From: an uncultured Chthonomonadaceae bacterium
GTDB lineage: Bacteria > Armatimonadota > Chthonomonadetes > Chthonomonadales > Chthonomonadaceae
NCBI GenBank assembly: GCA_963817895.1
Contig: CAWFQB010000005.1
Location: 1-64,000 of the forward strand
Direction of reading: 5' to 3'
DNA length: 64,000 nt
Of the stretch, positions 58,301 to 64,000 are shown piece by piece. A program made the position numbers and the translations under genes. Within the stretch, counting starts at the first letter, position 1; every line of letters starts with the position of its first letter. The notes beneath the pieces were generated by a model, which saw only the letters and a list, made by a program, of their open reading frames with translations, searched no databases and was not told where the DNA came from.

Positions 58301-59977
58301 CTATTTTCCTTCCATTTGCGTCGTCCACGCGCTGCGCAGGGTGGTTTGTTCCGGCGTGACTTGCGGCAGGGGCTTACATTCGGCGTCCAATCCGGCATAC
58401 GCGAGACACTCCGTGAACGGCATCTCCTGCGTGGAACGGGCCAGCAGGTTGTAAAATTCGGTCAAATCCTGACCGGCAACTCTGTTCACCGTATCGCGAA
58501 TGTCGTCCTCGTCATAGCCGGGATTAGGCGGGGCGCACTGCCTGTACAGCGACTTCATTACGTCGTCGAGCGAACGCCGATTATTCGTGACATGCCGGAT
58601 TTTCAGGTCCAGACACAGGCCGATTAACGCGCCTTTTTCATAATAGGACAGGCCGCCGAACCCCTGACTGTCGCCGCCCTCCCAGACCTTCCAGCTCGAC
58701 TCGTCCGCCGTCACCTGCAATCGCGCCGGGGTTCGCTGCATGTTGGCAATGGCCCGCTTCCAGTGCGCCAGAAAGCGGTCTTCCGTTGCCAGTCCCGCCC
58801 TGCGAACCGCCACATACGCATAATAGTCCGTGACGCCCTCGGCAAACCACAGATTGTGGGTGCGCGGCGGCTGCTCATAGTCGAATGGCCCCAACACGCG
58901 CGGGCGGATGCGCTTGATGTTCCACTGATGAAAAAACTCGTGCGCGGCGAAGGGCGCGAATCCCTGCGGCGACGTAAAAGCCCCAATCGGCAGGCGACAG
59001 GAGTTGAGATGCTCCAGGCCGCCGCCTCTGCCATTCACCTCCAACAGAAACTCATAGAGATTGTTGGGTGCGCCGCCCATGATTCTGGTTTCGGCGCGGG
59101 CAAGCGACAGCAGCATGTTGTTAAGCGCTTCCATATTGGCGGGGGGCGGAAGCGCGTTGCCAAAATACACGGGGCGATACGTGGCGGCAATGGATTTGTC
59201 CAGTTTCAAATCGAACGTCTGCATACTATCGGCTGCGGCCATAATGAGCGGCGAGTCCGCAAGCGTATCATAGTCAGGCGCGTCAAACACCTTCCGATCA
59301 TTCGGACGCGCGCTTGCTGTCGAGTTGAGCAGCCCCGTCCACTCTTTATTGACCGGCAGCGGCGTTTCGGCTTTCCAGCCGTTCGGCACATGCGCGATAA
59401 CACTGACAGGCGCAGTCTTGTGTCCGGCCACATACATCAGAGCGGACGCGCCATTGATAAAAACATAGCGGGGCCGCAGATACACATTTTCACTGAAATA
59501 ACCGGGCGGCATTTGCGGCAACGCGTATTCCACGCGGATAATTTTTGCGCCGTTCGGCTGAATCGTCCATGTACTCGCGTCCGGGTGTGTCACGGAGAGA
59601 ATACGTCTGTCACCAGCCATAAGCATGTCCGTCGCCTGAAAGTTCTGCGCGTATTTGCCGAAGTTCTGGATATGGTAATCGCCGGGACACCAGACGGGCA
59701 TTTGCAAAGTCACCGCATCCGATTGGCGACTCGCGCCGCGTTTCCCATCCGGCAGGGGCGTATTGAACGTGATGACGACTCGCAGCACAGGCGGCGTAGC
59801 AGCCATATCCGGCGTGACCTCATACACAACAGGGCTTTCCGCCTGTTTTCGCGCCCCCTTCGATGTTTCCGCGCGGGAAGGCGGCTGCGCGGAAACCGCA
59901 TTGTGCCGCAGCAAGGGCAACAAGCCCAAAGCCGTCGCAACAGGTAAAATCAACATCCCACTTCTGTAAGATAGCAT
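58301..59977 (-). CDS. M61-family (glycyl aminopeptidase-like) metallopeptidase
   Basis: MPVWCPGDY, GGGLEHLNS, AHEFFHQWN.KRIRP, LWFAEGVTDYY and SYYEKG motifs. Confidence 0.93.
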   Translation of the reverse strand: MLSYRSGMLILPVATALGLLPLLRHNAVSAQPPSRAETSKGARKQAESPVVYEVTPDMAATPPVLRVVITFNTPLPDGKRGASRQSDAVTLQMPVWCPGDYHIQNFGKYAQNFQATDMLMAGDRRILSVTHPDASTWTIQPNGAKIIRVEYALPQMPPGYFSENVYLRPRYVFINGASALMYVAGHKTAPVSVIAHVPNGWKAETPLPVNKEWTGLLNSTASARPNDRKVFDAPDYDTLADSPLIMAAADSMQTFDLKLDKSIAATYRPVYFGNALPPPANMEALNNMLLSLARAETRIMGGAPNNLYEFLLEVNGRGGGLEHLNSCRLPIGAFTSPQGFAPFAAHEFFHQWNIKRIRPRVLGPFDYEQPPRTHNLWFAEGVTDYYAYVAVRRAGLATEDRFLAHWKRAIANMQRTPARLQVTADESSWKVWEGGDSQGFGGLSYYEKGALIGLCLDLKIRHVTNNRRSLDDVMKSLYRQCAPPNPGYDEDDIRDTVNRVAGQDLTEFYNLLARSTQEMPFTECLAYAGLDAECKPLPQVTPEQTTLRSAWTTQMEGK

Positions 59978-60021
59978 TGTCCCTCTTCCTTATTCGCGTG
60001 TATTCGCGCCCAAATTATTTT

Positions 60022-61386
60022 TCACAATCCGGTATCGAGCATTTGCAGCGTAGTGGTGTCCGATGCGCGGGTTTTTCGATCCGGCGGCTGCGCGTAGACG
60101 ATTTCGCTGCGGTCGGGCGACCAGTCACAATCCGACGTGGGCAGTTCGCCGATTGTGCGCTTTGCGCCATCTGTAAGGCGCAACGTTACCGCGTCAAAGC
60201 GTCCGGCATGGGGCGACAACGCGCCCAATTGCGTGTTTCCGATCCAGACCGGGGCCAGATACCCGCGCCCGTTAGAAGGACTGACCCGGCGCGCGCCCGT
60301 CCCATCCGCGTTCATTATCCATAAAGCGTAGCGGTCATAGTCGTTGGCGTCCGGCGTAAGGGTAAAGGCAAGCCGCTGTCCGTCCGGCGACCATGCCAGA
60401 TGTCCCATGCGCGGCGCAATCCCGCGCTCTTTGTCCCAATCCGGCAACTGCGTTCTCAAATCCCCCGCCCGCATCCGCCACAACTCCCGCGCCGAAGACA
60501 GGCGCGAATTTCCCGGTGATAACTGCCGCAGCGTTTCCGTCCGCGGCGCGGCCAGCGCGTGAACGATACCTTGTCGGAAAGACAAGGATGAAGGATGAAG
60601 GATGAAGGATGAAGCCTCTTTGTCTCGTATCTCCTTTTCTCCTTTTCTCCTTTTCTCCTTTTCTTCCTCTCTCTCCTTCCAAACGGGCCAATCGCTGTCC
60701 TCGTAGTTGTCGAAGCGTGGTGTCGCGTTGCGGGCGGGTTGCAGGGAGAGGGGGCGAACACAAATGACGCGCTGGCCGCTGATGCCTTCGGCGACAAAGG
60801 CGAGATAGCGGCCATCCGGTGACCACTGGGGCGCGTGATAGTAGTAGAAAATGTTTTTATAGGTGGCGGCGTGAAGGGCGAGCGGCTGCACAGCGCGGGT
60901 GTGCGTGTCGAACGACCACAGCGCGGTTCCCGGCAGGCGTTCGCCGTCCTCAAACGTGAACCATTCGATGCGCTCAAACGCGATCCAACGGTCATCGGGT
61001 GACCATGCAAGCGTGTCGGGGCTGCTGTAACGCTGCCATTGCGGGCTGTAGGGCCTGTCCGGGCAAAGCAGTTCGGGCGTGAACAGGGCGCGAATCCGTT
61101 CCAAATCCTCATCCGCCACATGCAGTTGCATTTTGTGGTCCGGCGCGCTGCGCAAAAACGCGATCCGCTTGCCGTCATGCGACCAGCGCGGATTGACATC
61201 CACATACACGCCGGGAAGCGCGGGCAGATGGGGCGGCACGTCGCTCAGGCCGGGTTTGGGCGGACGGGCGCAAGATACGAGATACAAGATACAAGATACA
61301 AGATACAAGATACGAGATATGTGGCGGAAGCCACATTCTGCGAATTTAAGCGCAACGAGTTTTCTGTAGCAGGAATGTGTTTTCAC
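60022..61386 (-). CDS. TolB/PD40-repeat beta-propeller lipoprotein
   Basis: Repeated WS(H/P)DG..(I/L)AF motifs; LVSC lipobox; start estimated at GTG 61386. Confidence 0.8.
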   Translation of the reverse strand: MKTHSCYRKLVALKFAECGFRHISRILYLVSCILYLVSCARPPKPGLSDVPPHLPALPGVYVDVNPRWSHDGKRIAFLRSAPDHKMQLHVADEDLERIRALFTPELLCPDRPYSPQWQRYSSPDTLAWSPDDRWIAFERIEWFTFEDGERLPGTALWSFDTHTRAVQPLALHAATYKNIFYYYHAPQWSPDGRYLAFVAEGISGQRVICVRPLSLQPARNATPRFDNYEDSDWPVWKEREEEKEKRRKGEKEIRDKEASSFILHPSSLSFRQGIVHALAAPRTETLRQLSPGNSRLSSARELWRMRAGDLRTQLPDWDKERGIAPRMGHLAWSPDGQRLAFTLTPDANDYDRYALWIMNADGTGARRVSPSNGRGYLAPVWIGNTQLGALSPHAGRFDAVTLRLTDGAKRTIGELPTSDCDWSPDRSEIVYAQPPDRKTRASDTTTLQMLDTGL

Positions 61387-61435
61387 ATGAGATGATTTCA
61401 AATTCTGATGCCTTGTATCTCGTATCTCGTATCTT
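61272..61435. repeat. GATACAA/GATACGA heptamer tract with inverted partner
   Basis: About 7 units at 61272-61320 and TATCTCG units at 61412-61435. Confidence 0.9.
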
Positions 61436-64000
61436 AATGAACTGGCGTCACGTCCACTACCAGCGTGGTATTGTCTGAGGGCAGGGTCAGGGTCAAAACG
61501 CCGTCGGCATCGGCGGTCTGCGTACCGACGATAGCCCCGGTCAGCGCGTATTTGCCGTTGGGCTTGTCCATCACGCACAATACGTTGACGGTTCCGTTCG
61601 GCTGCAATCGCTTGCAAATAATGTGCGCGGTATCTTTGGGACGGTCGTAGGCGTGGTCGAGAATGTTCACGTTCCAGCCGCCGGACAGCGTTCCCGGCTG
61701 ATGGTACGCGGCCCACAGGAACAGCAATCCGCCCGCATCGCCCGCTAAGTCGCCCACCCCTCCTGCTGCGCCCGTGTCGCCATTGAGCCATTCGGGGCAG
61801 GTTTGCGTCGCGGTTTGCGCCCCGGCATAGCCTTGCAGCAGGTTGGAAGCGAGTTTGCGGGCGGTTTCCGGTTCGCCCGCGTCCAGCAGGATTTTCCAGA
61901 ACAGCCAGTTCAGCCCGTAACGAACGGCCCCGTTCGCGCCCTCCCCGGCGCGGTAATCGGGAGAGGAATGGGACACGGAACGCAGGCCGGCAGGACTCCA
62001 GAAAAGCGCGGGATCGGTCAACTGATGCAGCAAAAACGCCCGCTGTTCGGGCGTTTGCGCGCCCTGTCCCGCCATCAGCGGCAGCAGTCCCGCCAGCGTG
62101 TCGGCGCGAACTGCGGCTATCGCCGTTGCATCCCCCTGCGAGCGCAGCGCGTATGTTTTTTTGTCCGCATCCCATAGCATCGTGTTCAGGGCGCGATTGG
62201 TTTCCAGCGCGTCCTGCACATACCCCTGTTTCTCTTCCGGGGATTTATCCGTCAGTTCGGCAAGGGTTGCCATCAGGCGCGCGGAAGCGATCACATACGC
62301 GGCGTAATCGGGCGCGGCAACGGGAGAAGTGGCTGCGGCGGGAGGAACCGCATTTAAAAGCGCGCTGTTGGCCGACACGCCCGGAGGCAGGGAACCGGGC
62401 CGAAAAATGGCGTCCCGCGACTCGTCCGGCCACGCGAACAGCCAGCCATCGGGTTTGATGCGCCCCGCCGTGAGAAGTTCCTGATAACGGCGGCGGGCGT
62501 AGGGATAGTAACGCTTGAGCAACTGCCGGTCGTGGGTACGCTGAAACAGTTCCCAAAAAGCGAACAGGTTGGTGGGCGGGATTGCGCGGGGATTGCGCAG
62601 GGGAACACCCGAAAGCGCGTCCGGGTCGGTGCGGGTCTGAAACCACGTATTTAGCTGCGCGGCGGCAAAGTCGGGACGGTAAACGCTCCATCCGAGCGCC
62701 ATCAGCGCGTCGCGCGCCGGATCGTACAGGCTTCCCCGCGACGTGACGCGCAGGCGAGTCCCGATGCCGATGCGCTGTTCGTCCATGTTGGGCGTGTTGG
62801 CGAACATCTGCGTCATCAGCCGGTCTATGGCGGGCGTTCCGCTGTGAAAACGCGCGGCCTCATGCGCTTTCAATGCCGCCGCGTATGCGCTTCCACTGCC
62901 TGCCCGCCCGTTTTTGTTGCCGTCCGCAATGCGCAGCAGCGTTTGCGAAGCGTCACGGGCGGATTCGGCGTCACGCCCGACCCCGATGCTCAAGTACAGC
63001 GTGACCGACTGCCCGGCAGCTACTTCCACGCCGTCAAGACGGGTCAAAGCGTACTGGCCTTCGCCTTCGCCGTTCGCATCCGTCGCTTTACCCGGCAGGG
63101 GGAGAGCAGGCATGTCGGCGGGTGGGGGAGAGGTTTCCCCGCTTGTTCCCAGGTCGTCGCGTTTGGTTTTATCTGTGGATTTGCCGCCCTTCGCGCTTTT
63201 CCCCTGCGGTTTTACGTCCTTTGTATCCCGCGCTTTTTCCCGCTGTTCCTGCTTGTTCTGTTCCTTGCGGTCGCTTGCGAAATCGGAGTTTGCGGCGTGT
63301 TCTTGTGTCGTGAAGGCGAGCAATCCATCGGGCAGAGTCTCGCCGGATTCGGTTCGGCGGGCAAGGCTGCCACCCGGCGCGAAGAAAGCGTCGCTGACGC
63401 GGTAGCAGCGCGTCCGATAGCCGCCATTCGGCCCGGACAGCGCGAAAACCGCCCGTGATTTGTTGTGCTGCACAATGGCGGTATTCACGCCCGGAATGGC
63501 GAGTATCTGCAAGTCTTCCGAGCCGAAACCGCGTCCGGGCGTGTCCATGCTGCCCAGCAAATCCACGCCATATAATTGCTTTTCCGAAGAGGCGTTTGTC
63601 AGAGTCACGCGAACAAGCAGGCCGTCGCCATCCGGGTCGGCAAACGCGGGGAAACACTCTATTGTCGCTTCGCCCTCGCTCCATCCGCCCGCAGGCAGGG
63701 CCGCGCTTGCGGCAGGAGAGAGCGAACCGGACTGGGCCTGCGCGAAACTCGTCGGGGCGAAATGAACCCGCGCCGTCCATAAATTCCCCTCCGCATCCGT
63801 GTCCGTCAACTGCGCCATCCGGTTCAGCGCGGCGAATGGCCCGGTCGCCTTTCCATCGTCCTCCCCGGCGCGGACGGGCGACAGGCCAAATGCGCGACGC
63901 TGTATCACGGCGGGCGTCAGGCGGGATTGAAAACCGCCCCCCGCCGTCCGAACACGCTGCGGCAGGATGATTTCGCGCTGCTGCGAGATCACAATGGGGA
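61434..64000 (-). CDS. Six-hairpin glycosidase-like protein (MGH1/GH63-like C-terminus), 5' end outside the window
   Basis: Long ORF; LWDADKKTY, GLLPL, LTDPALFWSPAGLRSVS and GAVRYGLNW motifs. Confidence 0.7.
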   Translation of the reverse strand, partial: PIVISQQREIILPQRVRTAGGGFQSRLTPAVIQRRAFGLSPVRAGEDDGKATGPFAALNRMAQLTDTDAEGNLWTARVHFAPTSFAQAQSGSLSPAASAALPAGGWSEGEATIECFPAFADPDGDGLLVRVTLTNASSEKQLYGVDLLGSMDTPGRGFGSEDLQILAIPGVNTAIVQHNKSRAVFALSGPNGGYRTRCYRVSDAFFAPGGSLARRTESGETLPDGLLAFTTQEHAANSDFASDRKEQNKQEQREKARDTKDVKPQGKSAKGGKSTDKTKRDDLGTSGETSPPPADMPALPLPGKATDANGEGEGQYALTRLDGVEVAAGQSVTLYLSIGVGRDAESARDASQTLLRIADGNKNGRAGSGSAYAAALKAHEAARFHSGTPAIDRLMTQMFANTPNMDEQRIGIGTRLRVTSRGSLYDPARDALMALGWSVYRPDFAAAQLNTWFQTRTDPDALSGVPLRNPRAIPPTNLFAFWELFQRTHDRQLLKRYYPYARRRYQELLTAGRIKPDGWLFAWPDESRDAIFRPGSLPPGVSANSALLNAVPPAAATSPVAAPDYAAYVIASARLMATLAELTDKSPEEKQGYVQDALETNRALNTMLWDADKKTYALRSQGDATAIAAVRADTLAGLLPLMAGQGAQTPEQRAFLLHQLTDPALFWSPAGLRSVSHSSPDYRAGEGANGAVRYGLNWLFWKILLDAGEPETARKLASNLLQGYAGAQTATQTCPEWLNGDTGAAGGVGDLAGDAGGLLFLWAAYHQPGTLSGGWNVNILDHAYDRPKDTAHIICKRLQPNGTVNVLCVMDKPNGKYALTGAIVGTQTADADGVLTLTLPSDNTTLVVDVTPVH

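Noticed and set aside
61387..62175. N-terminal 260 aa of the 717-aa ORF 60022..62175
   Set aside because: Overlaps the glycosidase gene in another frame; the real gene most likely starts near 61386
1..64000. tRNA, rRNA, integrase, full-length transposase or prophage genes
   Set aside because: No such motifs were recognised by eye; a tRNAscan, Rfam or HMM run would be needed to exclude them fully

Overview
GC-rich bacterial chromosomal DNA, probably from an Armatimonadota-like lineage (inferred from gene content, not proven). Positions 1-42 resemble a residual Oxford Nanopore adapter, and almost every gene in the first ~18 kb carries single-base indels, so most frameshifts are treated as assembly errors. 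The backbone includes a Ser/Thr kinase, a HEAT-repeat protein, SAM-I riboswitch plus metK, a sugar ABC operon, SDR/MFS/Gfo-Idh-MocA/ROK genes, an ECF sigma factor, deoC, trpBA, a PAS kinase-cheB-cheR cluster, DUF1501, FKBP, a DegP-like protease, DUF1592/DUF1552, GHL10, a DUF6785-like membrane protein, an M61 peptidase, a TolB-like lipoprotein and a six-hairpin glycosidase. Small accessory cassettes, often decayed, are interspersed: ParDE, two VapBC-like pairs, Rpn nuclease, SUKH-3, tandem small-protein/aspartic-protease pairs, and GNAT and nucleotidyltransferase remnants. The most notable non-obvious signals are: (1) about 20 short tandem-repeat tracts of 6-9 nt units, often paired as hairpin arms, that also enter ORFs and in one case encode a lipobox; (2) seven copies of a sigmaH-like promoter (AGGA-N18-GAAT); (3) a toxin-antitoxin pair flanked by a 144-bp diverged duplication of a gene's promoter and 5' end; (4) two MITE-like elements with terminal inverted repeats and target-site duplications, one carrying a GTAG REP doublet. 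No rRNA, tRNA or CRISPR array was found.
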